Shown here one piece after another: positions 11,280 to 21,900 of a DNA stretch of 64,000 nucleotides. Source of the stretch: Gammaproteobacteria bacterium (lineage in GTDB: Bacteria; Pseudomonadota; Gammaproteobacteria; G965277405); contig OZ255726.1 of NCBI GenBank assembly GCA_965277405.1, forward strand, positions 96,001 through 160,000. The letters run 5' to 3'. The translations under genes were made by a program, and so were the position numbers. Numbering within the stretch: the stretch's first letter is position 1; each line of letters begins with the position of its first letter. The notes under the pieces are model-generated. The model was not told the origin of the DNA. It ran no database searches and saw only the letters and a program-made list of their open reading frames with translations.

Positions 11280-11700
11280 TTATGGGTGCTGCAATAGCGA
11301 GGGGTCGGAGCTCCGCACCCTAAAAAGCCTCTGATTAACTCGCTGATGGAGCGAGTTTGCCTGCAATTGCTGATGATTGCAAGGCGCATTCAGCAGGCGC
11401 ATGCCGTAGCATATACGCCAAGGGATGCACACAGCAAGTACCGCTGCCGCAAACCGTTATATTCAACAGAAGGACGGGAAAAAACGCTGCGCTAACGTCG
11501 TTGCAGCACTTGGCAACACCCACAAGACCACCAGTATTATCTGCGCACTGCGTCTAGTTATCATCAGCGTTTTTTCTCCGTCTCGCCCATCATGGAATTA
11601 ATCAGAGTTTCCTTATGGGTGCTGCATTAGCGAGGGGTCGGAGCTCCGCACCCTAAAAAGCCTCTGATTAACTGCGCTGATGGAGCGAGTTTGGCAATTG
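11280..11700 (+). repeat. ~80-bp direct repeat (11280-11359 / 11613-11693) around a MITE
   Basis: TTATGGGTGCTGCA[A/T]TAGCGAGGGGTCGGAGCTCCGCACCCTAAAAAGCCTCTGATTAACT occurs twice. Confidence 0.9.
11324..11612 (+). mobile_element. MITE, full copy between dctP and dctQ
   Basis: AAAGCCTCTGATTAACTCGCTGATGGAGCGAG...CATGGAATTAATCAGAGTTTCC. Confidence 0.85.
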
Positions 11701-11706
11701 ACGGGG

Positions 11707-12708
11707 TTACAAAGCTGCGTTGATTGCTTGAATTGCGTCGATGTTTTCCTGTCCGACATCAGCTGCGAACTGCTGCCAAACTGGTTTCATCGCATCAATC
11801 CATTGCTGACGCTGCTCACTCGTTAGTTGACGAATGGTGCCGCCAGCGTCGATTATTAACTGTTTTGCGGCTGCATTCACATCAGTGGTTTTGGCGTTGC
11901 GACTTTTGGTTACTTCAGCCAGAATGGTCAAAAACTGATCGCGTACATCGGGCTCAAGGCTGTCAAGCCATTGCGTGCTGGTGACGACGATATAGTCGAG
12001 CACGCCATGGTTGGTCTCGGTCACGCCATCTTGCACCTCGAAGAATTTCTTGCCGTAGGTGTTCGACCAAGTGTTCTCCTGAGCATCCACAACCCCCTGT
12101 TGCAGCGCGCCATACACTTCCGAGAACGCCATCTTCTGGGGCGAGCCGCCAATAGCTTTCATTTGCGCAACAAGAACATCCGAAGTCATCACCCGAAATT
12201 TCAGACCGTTGGCGTCTGCTGGCACCAGCAGCGGAATATTTGCTGACATCTGCTTCATACCGTTGTGCCAATAGCCAAGCCCACGCAGCCCGCGGTGCTG
12301 CATCGACTTTAAAAGCTTCTGACCGTCGCTTGAGGATTGGAAAGCATCAACTGCCTGAATGTTCTTGAAGATGAAGGGGAGGTCAAAAATGCGGAATTTC
12401 TTGGTAAACTTCTCTAATTTCGAAAGACTTGGTGCTGCTAACTGCACATTGCCCTGTAACAATGCCTCAAGCACTTTGTTGTCATTATACAACGTCGAGT
12501 TTGGGTAGACCTTCATGCAGGCCTTACCGTTCATCTCGTCGTTGACACGCTGTGCCAATACAGTCGCGGCTATCCCTTTTGGGTGTTTGTCGCTGTTGGT
12601 AACGTAGCTGAATTTAATGACCACTTCACCAGGGTCACAAGCGGCATACACTGCTTGTGATGCTGCTATCAGTGCTGCGGCACAGACAAAGGTTGCTAGA
12701 ACTTTCAT
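11707..12708 (-). CDS. dctP: TRAP C4-dicarboxylate-binding protein
   Basis: Signal peptide, then HPKG, FDLPF, NGMKQMS, GLKFR, EVYGALQQGVVDAQEN. Confidence 0.95.
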   Translation of the reverse strand: MKVLATFVCAAALIAASQAVYAACDPGEVVIKFSYVTNSDKHPKGIAATVLAQRVNDEMNGKACMKVYPNSTLYNDNKVLEALLQGNVQLAAPSLSKLEKFTKKFRIFDLPFIFKNIQAVDAFQSSSDGQKLLKSMQHRGLRGLGYWHNGMKQMSANIPLLVPADANGLKFRVMTSDVLVAQMKAIGGSPQKMAFSEVYGALQQGVVDAQENTWSNTYGKKFFEVQDGVTETNHGVLDYIVVTSTQWLDSLEPDVRDQFLTILAEVTKSRNAKTTDVNAAAKQLIIDAGGTIRQLTSEQRQQWIDAMKPVWQQFAADVGQENIDAIQAINAAL

Positions 12709-12777
12709 ATATTTTCCTGTTTGATTATTAAACGAGTGACAAGTTATAGATTATTTTTCAGCATGCTGCGCTACAAC

Positions 12778-12874
12778 CCTTCTAGCTCAAGCCTTCTAGC
12801 TCAAGCCTTCTAGCTCAAGCCTTCTAGCTCAAGCCTTCTAGCTCAAGCCTTCTGGCTCAAGCCTTCTGGCTCAA
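12778..12874. repeat. 14-bp tandem repeat CCTTCT[A/G]GCTCAAG x 7
   Basis: Read directly; five A-type units then two G-type units, upstream of dctP. Confidence 0.95.
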
Positions 12875-13070
12875 TCAGACCGCGTTACGTGTGATTTATC
12901 TACTCTTTGCCTGCATCCGCAGGGGGCTTGGGGGGCAATCGCAACGCTGACACAAAACACCCGTACGCTATGAATGCGACGAGAACCCGAGAACCCCCTG
13001 CGTTTTTCAATATACTACAGGAGGAGTTTGTTGATGTGAAGCCGCTGCAACGTACTTTGTAACCTTATCT

Positions 13071-13191
13071 CACCCGTGTTGCCCAGCATGGACTTAAGCA
13101 GATCTTCCTTAGCATTTGAGTTTAGAGTTTATTGTTCTTTAGAGTTGCTGCGTTTAACAACTTAAATAGTAGTGAATTAAGCAGAGCTTCC
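13071..13191 (+). repeat. Two MITE right-end fragments
   Basis: GCCCAGCATGGACTTAAGCAGATCTTCC (to 13108) and TTAAGCAGAGCTTCC (13177-13191). Confidence 0.65.
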
Positions 13192-13626
13192 CTCATGTCG
13201 CATGGTAGAACTTAACACCGCTACGGCATACGTTGCTGCACTATATCGGGCTTGTAGAAGTTGACAAATTATGCAACATATACACTGTATCATGGCGTAT
13301 TTAGCATCTAATAAGTGTGTTCCTTGGTAAAACTCCGTTTACATGGTATTATAATTTAAAATTTATTTTTTGCTTGCTAACATCAACTTAGCGCCAAACC
13401 GCACACAATGCCATGGCAGCAACCGCTCAGCAACACATCGTCGCCACTCAAAGCTCGCAGCAGCAGCAGCCGCCGCAGAGAATAACCATAATTTTTATTC
13501 ATCAATGAATCAGCACATTGCTTAAAGCTGTTATCAGCAGCTGGTGGTCTGCCACGACGCATGCGGATGAATGAAAATACACGCCTCACATTCCAACTTT
13601 ACGGCTTTACCACCTGCCCTTGAAGG

Positions 13627-14529
13627 TTGACCGTGCGCAATATCAGCAAGCCAATTCTTATTTATACCCCAGTGGTATGGCTAATTATCTTATTTTTTAT
13701 TCCACTGGGATTTATCTTTGTTTTGAGTTTTAGCTCCAAGACTGGAATTACAACATCAACACTGTCTTGGACTTTGGAAAATTACACCCGTGTCTTTGAC
13801 CCTATCTACTTAGGGATATTCATCAAATCAATATGGATGTCAGTGTTAACAACCATCATTTGCTTGGTAGTTGGCATGTACATTGCTGTTGCGATTGCCT
13901 TTGCCAGCAGCCCGCGCATTAAAGTCATTTTGCTGACATTAGTTATTCTGCCGTTTTGGACGAATCTGCTAGTACGCACGTATTCACTGATAGCAATATT
14001 TCGTAACAAAGGTATTATTAACGGTATTCTTGAATATTGCTACGACACCATAACGCTACTTACGCAGTGGTTACACATCGATATTTCACCAATTTTTGGC
14101 ACACGGTTTCTACCATTGGAGTTGCTGTATAACAATACAGCTGTAATGTTTGGATTAGTCTACGTCCATTTACCATTTACCGTATTGCCGCTGTTTGCGG
14201 CACTCGATAAACTTGACCGCAGCCATATTGAAGCGAGTATTGACTTGGGAGCATCTAGGGGGCGGACTTTTTTTGCTGTTGTCATACCACAACTTCACTT
14301 TGGTATTTTTACTGCAATGCTGATTACCTTCATCCCGACGCTTGGTGCCTTTGTAACGGCAGACTTGCTTGGCGGCAATGATAGTTTGATGATTGCAAAT
14401 GTTATAGAGCGTCAGTTTAAAAGTGCCAACGACTTCCCGTTTGGCTCAGCATTATCATTAGTACTAATCTACATTATGGTGGCAATAATGACGTTGCAAT
14501 ATTGGCTTGACTCGCGCACACCAAAATGA
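13627..14529 (+). CDS. potB: Spermidine/putrescine ABC permease
   Basis: ILPFWTNLLVRTY, VYVHLPF and EASIDLGA (EAA loop). Confidence 0.88.
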   Translation: MTVRNISKPILIYTPVVWLIILFFIPLGFIFVLSFSSKTGITTSTLSWTLENYTRVFDPIYLGIFIKSIWMSVLTTIICLVVGMYIAVAIAFASSPRIKVILLTLVILPFWTNLLVRTYSLIAIFRNKGIINGILEYCYDTITLLTQWLHIDISPIFGTRFLPLELLYNNTAVMFGLVYVHLPFTVLPLFAALDKLDRSHIEASIDLGASRGRTFFAVVIPQLHFGIFTAMLITFIPTLGAFVTADLLGGNDSLMIANVIERQFKSANDFPFGSALSLVLIYIMVAIMTLQYWLDSRTPK

Positions 14530-15368
14530 AGAAACACTCGCGTAAACTTATTCAACTCAGCAATTATTCGCATTTATTAAGCGTCCGTATTGTGGTATTG
14601 GCTAGCTTAATTTTTTTGTATGCGCCGTTAATTGTGTTAGTGATTTTCAGTTTTAACGCTTCAAAACGCAACATTGTTTGGCAAGGCTTTACCACCAAAT
14701 ACTATGTCAAGGCATTGCATAACGAGGCGTTAATCGAAGCTTTACTCAACTCAGTCACCATCGCTTTACTCAGCACCATTGTTAGTTTGATGCTAGCTTT
14801 TTGCGCAGCATACAGCTTGTGGCGGTTTCGTTTCCCACTCAAAAGCTTAGTCAATAGTGCAATCGGAGTGCCAATTGTTATTCCAGAAATATGCATGGGT
14901 GTTGCTATGTTGACATTTTTCAACTCTGTTGGCTGGCCACAAGCACCCTTTTGGCCGCTGAATATGTTGCCAGTCATATTAGCGCATATTACCTTTTCAT
15001 TTCCATTTATGACCATGGTCATTCGCAGTCGTTTAGAAAATTTTAATCCAGAACTTGAAGAAGTTTCTACAGATCTTGGCGCGAATCGTTGGCAAACATT
15101 ATGGGGAGTGGTTATTCCTTATCTGCTACCGTCATTCCTAGCAGCTAGCATTCTTGGAATCACGCTATCACTCGATGATTTCGTTATCACATTTTTTACA
15201 TCGACACCAGCAACCATCACCTTTCCTGTAAAAATCTACTCAATGGTGCGATTTTCAGTCACCCCAGAGGTAAATGCAGCTTCAACAGTCTTGATTGCGA
15301 CAACGTTGCTGTTGGTGCTGCTTGCCCTGTGGATGCAGCGCGTTCTTGATTCCACCAAAACCAATTAA
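14526..15368 (+). CDS. potC: Spermidine/putrescine ABC permease
   Basis: FLYAPL...FSFN, IPEICMG, LSLDDFVIT and PEVNAAST. Confidence 0.88.
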   Translation: MKKHSRKLIQLSNYSHLLSVRIVVLASLIFLYAPLIVLVIFSFNASKRNIVWQGFTTKYYVKALHNEALIEALLNSVTIALLSTIVSLMLAFCAAYSLWRFRFPLKSLVNSAIGVPIVIPEICMGVAMLTFFNSVGWPQAPFWPLNMLPVILAHITFSFPFMTMVIRSRLENFNPELEEVSTDLGANRWQTLWGVVIPYLLPSFLAASILGITLSLDDFVITFFTSTPATITFPVKIYSMVRFSVTPEVNAASTVLIATTLLLVLLALWMQRVLDSTKTN

Positions 15369-15369
15369 A

Positions 15370-16428
15370 ATGAGCAATCCTCTTATCTATTTTGACGCGA
15401 TCTCCAAGCAGTTTCCCAGCAACAGCAACTTTGCTTTGCAACCAACAACGCTGATGATTGAACGTGGCGAGTTTTTTGTGTTGCTGGGTCCTAGTGGTTG
15501 CGGCAAAACAACCCTGATGCGCATTCTCGCAGGCTTTGAAACACCGACCGCAGGCAGGGTGTTTATCAATGGCAATGACGTCAGTTCGACGCTACCAAAT
15601 CAACGCCCTATTAACATGGTGTTTCAGTCATATGCACTATTTCCCAACATGACAGTTGCCAAGAATATTGGCTATGGGCTGCGGCTGCGCAAAATGGCAA
15701 AAGCAGCAATTGAGGAAAAAGTCCAGCAAGCACTCACACTGGTTGCTATGGATGACTTTGGACAGCTACGCCCGCATCAACTCTCTGGCGGACAACGCCA
15801 ACGCATCGCCCTAGCGCGGGCATTGGTTATGGAGCCTCAAGCTATATTGCTCGACGAGCCACTTTCAGCACTCGATGCCAAGTTACGCAAGTCAATGCAA
15901 AACGAACTATGCCGGTTACAGCAACAATTAGGGATGACTTTTTTAATGGTGACCCATGACCAAGATGAAGCCCTTTCCATGGCGGACCGCATCGCCGTTT
16001 TAGACAACGGTAGTGTGCGGCAAGTCGGCACACCGACTGAAATATACAACAAACCCAGCAACCTATTTGTTGCAGATTTTATTGGATCATGCAATTTTTT
16101 TGCAGCCAACGTCAGCAACAAAGTCGCACACATTGATGGCCTGCCACAATTCACCAGCGACTGCGGCTATCCAGATAATACCCGTGTGCAGATATGTATT
16201 CGCCCAGAAAACGTTGTATTGCTGGAAGAGCCAAACACTGCTACCGATGCGTTTACCGCCAACATAACAGAAATTTGTTATACAGGAAAACGCTACCAAA
16301 TCGTTGCTGCCATCAAAGATACAAAACACCGCATTCAACTTGAAAGCAACAGCCACAACAGCTACGCTATTGGTGATACGATTCACCTCCGTATCCCGCA
16401 GCCACATTGCTTCGTCTTGCCACAATAA
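15370..16428 (+). CDS. potA: Spermidine/putrescine ABC ATPase
   Basis: GPSGCGKTT, LSGGQRQR, LLDEPLSALD and C-terminal TOBE-like region. Start set at ATG 15370. Confidence 0.9.
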   Translation: MSNPLIYFDAISKQFPSNSNFALQPTTLMIERGEFFVLLGPSGCGKTTLMRILAGFETPTAGRVFINGNDVSSTLPNQRPINMVFQSYALFPNMTVAKNIGYGLRLRKMAKAAIEEKVQQALTLVAMDDFGQLRPHQLSGGQRQRIALARALVMEPQAILLDEPLSALDAKLRKSMQNELCRLQQQLGMTFLMVTHDQDEALSMADRIAVLDNGSVRQVGTPTEIYNKPSNLFVADFIGSCNFFAANVSNKVAHIDGLPQFTSDCGYPDNTRVQICIRPENVVLLEEPNTATDAFTANITEICYTGKRYQIVAAIKDTKHRIQLESNSHNSYAIGDTIHLRIPQPHCFVLPQ

Positions 16429-16481
16429 CCACAACAACCACAACGGTCATTGCCTTTTTCATTTGCGTACACTGCTCTTAT

Positions 16482-16764
16482 GGAAGCTCTGATTAAGTCG
16501 CTGATGGAGCGAGTTTGATGGCAATTGCTGATGATTGCAAGGCGCATTCCGCAGGCGCATGCTGTAGCATATACGCCAAGGGATGCAACACAGCAAGTAC
16601 CGCTACCATCAAACCATCATATATTCAACAGAAAGACGGGAAAAACGCTGCGCTAACGTCGTTGCAGCACTTGATAATACCACCAGTATTATCTGCGCAC
16701 TGCGTCTAGTTATCATCAGCGTTTTTTCTCCGTCTCGCCCATCATGGACTTAATCAAAGCTTCC
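16482..16764 (+). mobile_element. MITE, full copy overlapping the integrase start
   Basis: GGAAGCTCTGATTAAGTCG...ATGGACTTAATCAAAGCTTCC. Confidence 0.87.
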
Positions 16765-17907
16765 TTCGCACCCTTGAACTTTACCCCGCTGGAACAATGC
16801 TTGTTACCGCCAACACTCGATGGCAGTGTCGGCAGTAACCGCCAACGTGACAGCGGCTGCCAAATAGCCGCAACCAATGACCGCGCAGCGATTGTAACCT
16901 GGCTCAGCACTGTTGCAGATTCACCGCAGACTTTTCGCTCATACCGCAAAGAAGCCGAGCGCTTGCTGCTATGGGCTGTGTATGCGCGCAGCATACCGCT
17001 CTCAAGCCTCCAACTTGAAGATATGGAGGCGTATAAAACATTTCTTAGCGCCCCGAGTAGCAGCTGGAGCGGCAAGCGCCAACCACGCACATCACCAGAC
17101 TGGCGACCTTTTGAACGCGGTCTCCAGCCCAGCAGCATCAATCAAGCACTAGTAATTCTAGGCACTTTATTCAGTTTTTTAGTCAAAGCAGGTTATTTGA
17201 ACAATAACCCGATGCAGCTGATGTCACGCAAACGCCTCAGGTCCATTATCCAACCAAGCGCAACAGTTGAACGCTATTTAGAACACGATGTTTGGGAATT
17301 CCTCTGGGACTACATCTGCAATCGCCTGCCAGCAACCACCCCACGGCAACACGCTGTTGCTGAGCGCACGCGGTTTTTGTTCGCATTGTTATATTTGCAA
17401 AGCCCCCGCGTCAGTGAAGTTGCTAACCACACCATGGCAGCATTTATACAACGCCGCGGCACATGGTGGTGGAATATTGTCGGCAAAGGAGAAAAATCAG
17501 CGCTAATACCTGTCAAAAAAGATATGATGCTGGCACTAGCACGCTATCGAAGACATTTGCAACACCCACCATTTCCAATTGCAGGCGAAACCACACCGCT
17601 GCTTTGCTCGCTGCACGGGACCAAGCCCATTAGCGCCGACATGGTATACCGCATTGTCAAAGCAACAGTTGCAGGCGCGGCGGATAAACTGAACACGATT
17701 GACCCTGGCAAAGCCAAGCGGCTGCGCGCCTCATCAACCCACTGGTTTCGCCACACCTCACTCACCCATCAAGCTGATATGGGTATCGATTTACGCTATT
17801 TGAAAGCAAGCGCCCGCCACGCCAGCATACAAACCACCCAACGCTACCTGCACACAGAAGAAGAAGAATGGCATATCCAAATGGATAAGCATAATTTGAC
17901 ACCCTAG
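16744..17907 (+). CDS. Tyrosine recombinase/integrase
   Basis: SAM-like N-domain (TFRSYRKEAERLLLW) and a full catalytic set: R (PRVSE), K (GKG), HWFRH, H (RHAS), Y (RYLH). Confidence 0.9.
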   Translation: MDLIKASFAPLNFTPLEQCLLPPTLDGSVGSNRQRDSGCQIAATNDRAAIVTWLSTVADSPQTFRSYRKEAERLLLWAVYARSIPLSSLQLEDMEAYKTFLSAPSSSWSGKRQPRTSPDWRPFERGLQPSSINQALVILGTLFSFLVKAGYLNNNPMQLMSRKRLRSIIQPSATVERYLEHDVWEFLWDYICNRLPATTPRQHAVAERTRFLFALLYLQSPRVSEVANHTMAAFIQRRGTWWWNIVGKGEKSALIPVKKDMMLALARYRRHLQHPPFPIAGETTPLLCSLHGTKPISADMVYRIVKATVAGAADKLNTIDPGKAKRLRASSTHWFRHTSLTHQADMGIDLRYLKASARHASIQTTQRYLHTEEEEWHIQMDKHNLTP

Positions 17908-18024
17908 GCAACTGGCTATCAGCAGCTGCGGCGACGGTTGGGAGCAGCAGCAACAGGATGCAATACAGTAACAAAAACCGCGCCTGCAACTGCAGGCGCG
18001 GCTTGAATATAATAGCTAACAAGA

Positions 18025-18870
18025 TTAATGGATGATAATACCAGGTAATGTTGTTGTGGATCCACCAAACGCTGTGTTGAATTCAGGGCTAGAAAAAAAC
18101 GTAACCATCCCAGCGAGGTCAACCTGACCATTGTAGAACCGCCCTGAAACTATACCATGCAGGTCCTCTCGATAAGGATTGGTTCTAAATGCTTCGGCTT
18201 GCCTTTGACTAGAAAGAAAAGTAGCATCGCTGCTGTTGATCCACACAGTGCCCATATCGATTTTAAAGTTGCCATGTTCCATTTTTCCTGTTAACACTGA
18301 ATTAGTAAAATTAGCAACAACAACACCGTGTAGCAGGTTGTTAGCCGCTGCTGAGTAGTGATTGATACCTGTCACCGTGTAAATAGCGTATCTAGCGGTT
18401 GTTGTTATCGCAGTATCGGCATCAGCGCCGACGTAGTACACGGTACGGGTTGGGTCGTTGGACGCGCCAGTTTGTGACCATTCGCCAAACCAAACGTCGT
18501 GGCTGCCTACTTGCGCAAATTGGAATACCCCCAAATCACGATGGGTTTTCGGTGGTCCATAATACGCCATGTCGAGCGAATGCACCCTGTTGGGGTCAGC
18601 TGGCACCACTTTTGCCAACCCTATAAAGTCGACCATGTCCCCCTTTTTTAGAGTATAGCCAGCGCCAATCCCCGCCTTCCCTAGAGTATGAATCGGCGGG
18701 CGGTCTACATTTGATGCGCCGACAATCACTTTCTCAGTATTGGACGAACCACCTTGTATTGAGTCAAGGGTAATTATACCAATAACTTGTGTTTCGGTTT
18801 CGGCGTGGACTGGCGCAGCGAGCGCACCAGCCATAAGCGCGATACTGCTGACTAATTTTAGTTTTTTCAT
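18025..18870 (-). CDS. Hemophilin/HphA-like secreted protein (Slam-substrate type, C-terminal beta barrel)
   Basis: Sec signal, LGVFQFAQVGSHDVWFGEWS, RTVYYVG, YTVTGIN, VSGRFY and TAFGG. Lies directly downstream of a TonB receptor. Confidence 0.7.
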   Translation of the reverse strand: MKKLKLVSSIALMAGALAAPVHAETETQVIGIITLDSIQGGSSNTEKVIVGASNVDRPPIHTLGKAGIGAGYTLKKGDMVDFIGLAKVVPADPNRVHSLDMAYYGPPKTHRDLGVFQFAQVGSHDVWFGEWSQTGASNDPTRTVYYVGADADTAITTTARYAIYTVTGINHYSAAANNLLHGVVVANFTNSVLTGKMEHGNFKIDMGTVWINSSDATFLSSQRQAEAFRTNPYREDLHGIVSGRFYNGQVDLAGMVTFFSSPEFNTAFGGSTTTLPGIIIH

Positions 18871-18961
18871 AGAAAATTCCTAGGTATTACAATTTATTAC
18901 TTTCAAAACGAAAATAACACGGGTGGTGAAGCAGTAGCTTCGGGGTTTTTAACAACGCGGT

Positions 18962-21900
18962 TTACAACCGCGCTGTTAGATTCAGTTTCAGCGTCCGCCC
19001 AGGTGCGGGCATCTGCGAACGGGTTAATGGGTCGATGTAGTATTGATCTGTTAGGTTATTAGCAGCGAATTCAACTTGCAAGCGCTCATTAACGTTATAC
19101 TTGGCGTAGCCGTCAACGAGCAGGGTATCACCCCAGCCGAAAGATACCCTTAACGGATTATGGCTAAATCTGCCGACTTGTTGATAATACTGGTCTAGGT
19201 CGGCGTTGGCGTCGCGGCTATAATACTTCACCCGGCTGCCTATCTCTAAACGGCGGTCGAGCAGCCGGGCGCCGAGCGCCCAATTAGCCGATAATTTAGG
19301 GGTGGCGCGCCCTTGTTCAGAGCCACCTATAAAGCCGAATGCAAAGCAGGTCGGAACGCGATATTCCAACTTCGAATGACGTGCGGCATAGCTTGCGTCG
19401 CAGATGTCGTTTTGCACCACGTAGTCGACAGCAATATTGCTAAACAAACGACCGCCATCGTAGCGTATGGTTAATTCTACCCCGCGCAGCTTTTTTTCGT
19501 CATCATTTGTAAAATATCTAGAACTAGCAGTATCAATAACGCCCTTGATCAGGTTATCGTAGTATGCCAGCTTGACGTCGGCGTATTCAGCGGTGGTGAA
19601 CCATTGGGTTAGGTCGTGGACATAGCTTATTTCCCTGTTATAGGCGTGCTCGGGGTTGAGACCATCCGGACCGAGCGCGGCAGAGAAGCCCCAGGTGCTT
19701 TCGAACATGGACGGGTAGCGGAGGAATTCGCTGTATTTAACGTAGCCGCGGCTATACGGGGTAAATTGGTAGCTGGCGACAAAATGCGGCACCCAGCCGT
19801 GGTCTTGCAGCTTTTCTGCTTGGGCTTCACTTATCTCTGCAATCCGTGTAGCATAATCGATAAAACATTTAGTTATTTTCGCCGTCTTATCATTACCTGT
19901 TTTGTCTGCTATTTCCTGTTCTACCTCACCATTATAGCAGGGGTGGCTAGCAAACGAATACTTACCAGCGGCATCCGTCAGCAAGGGGATTGGTCGATTG
20001 TCAAGATGATTTGTGAGACCAGTTCCATATTCTAATTTTATAATATCACTGGCTTCCTTTCCATCGGGTTCGTTTTTCAACACTTCGATTTGACGCAGAA
20101 AGGGACCTTTATCATTAGAATAACGATTCTCTATATCTTGTCTCATTTCAGCAAGCTTTGCTGCGCGCCTTTCATTTATATTCTTTACTGATAACCCTCC
20201 TTGGATTTCTGAAAACGTATAATCTAGGCCAGTCATTAAATAAATTATATTATTCTGTACGTCATTATCAAAGCCTAAGTACTCATTGAGTGTATCAACA
20301 TAGCCATTATATCTTGTCTCAATGTAATTTTCCGCTATTACCTGCGCATTTTTAACATGATCCTGCATTAGCTTTTTGTTCTGCTCGGCTGTATACAGAA
20401 CACCTGTAGTATACTCGTAGGTAATGTTTTCATTTAGAATACGCTCTAATTGTGGAACGGTGCCGCCTGCATCGATGACATATTTAAGGCGGTCGTCGAA
20501 GCTCCAATACGCCGAATACGTCATCCCCGTGCTGAATTTTAAGGCCTCGTTCGCCTGCCAGGCGAGGCTGAGATTGCCGCCCCATTGCTGCCGCCGCCCT
20601 CCGCGCTCTGTTCTAGTATTATTGTATTTACCATCTAGGCTTGCTAGTTTTTGGTGCTGAAAATTGCCACCGATGGTTAGCGCCAGCGTGCTGGAAAGAT
20701 CCATGGTATTGCTCAGGGTGATGCCATTGCGGGTATTGATAGAATCAACAAACCCAACGTTGACGACCAGACCGCTTTCTTTGTCAATTTGGTTGGGTTC
20801 ACCTGCACTCGTATAGGTGTGTCCGCGGTTGTGCGTGCGCCAGAGGTTGGCGTGGAGGTCCAGCCAGCGGTTATCATTGGGGGTATTGCGGTAGTCGAGG
20901 TTATACGCCTGGGCAGTGACCGCGCTCAACGGCCACTGGGGATGACCGTACTTGAGATCACTGCCAGTAATGAGCCGCGACGGCATGATCTCGCCGTTTA
21001 GCAAATTTGTATGGCGGTAGTTGAAGCCAAGTTTTTGTGCATTGTCAACCCGCCAGCTGCTTTTTAACAACAACGACGCCATCTCGCTCGAGGTATTGAT
21101 GACTTCGTCGCCTTGTGGCCAGAAGGTGGTTAGGGCGCGCGTATCATCAAAAATTCTTTTACCAGTTACTTTTGACCTGAAGTGACCATCCACATCCGTA
21201 GCAAAATAGCCAGGCTCATCATAATAACCGGCGTTGTTGCTACCCGCATAGTAATTACCGCGACGGCGGTAGGCGTATGCGGCGAGAAAATCAAAGCGCG
21301 CGGAGGTGTTGGCGACCGCCAGCCGGTAGGCAAAGTCGTCGCCGCCGAGCGGGGTTTCATCACTAGCTGATTTTGAGTTGAGTTGTATGCGCAAAGTTTT
21401 ATCAACGTTGTAGAAACCTATAGATCGAGTATTAGAAAACCCTGCGGCGGCGGCTGATTCGCCAGTATGCAGCCGCGGTAGTTGCGGGGAGACCGAATTG
21501 CCGCCGCTGGTTATTGTTAATTCTAGCCCAGAGTCGGCGCCTTCTGCAATAATATCGGCGGGGATCAGCGTGGTTAGTTCCAGCGCCCCCCCGATGCCGC
21601 TATTGACATCGCGGGCGTTACTCGCACCTTTATGGATGCGCACCGAACTGATCAGGTTCGGGTCGATATAATTGCGGTTACTCACGCCGTTATAGCCGCG
21701 GTAGACGGTAATTGCCTGCTCGGTGCCGTCGATAATCACCGGCACCCGCCCGGGACCCTGCACCCCGCGAATATTGACATCGATCGACCCGCTATTGCGG
21801 GCATCGCCGCTAAATACCCCAGCAATCCCCTGCAGTAAATCGGCAGGGTTGGTGCCGGCGTTGCGGCGGACTGCTGCCCTACCCATGTACACGGTGGAAG

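Noticed and set aside
11335-11557. Small ORFs inside MITE copies (also 16515, 33367, 35038, 38836, 52945, 57726-58077)
   Set aside because: Frames and lengths are not conserved among copies; these are translations of the non-coding repeat.
12778-12874. CRISPR array (also considered for 33308-33382)
   Set aside because: Units are head-to-tail with no unique spacers, are too short, and no cas genes are present.
16744-17907. Integron integrase with the dispersed repeats as attC sites
   Set aside because: No IntI-like sequence is recognisable, and the repeats lie in both orientations between housekeeping genes and have transposon-like TIRs rather than attC cores.
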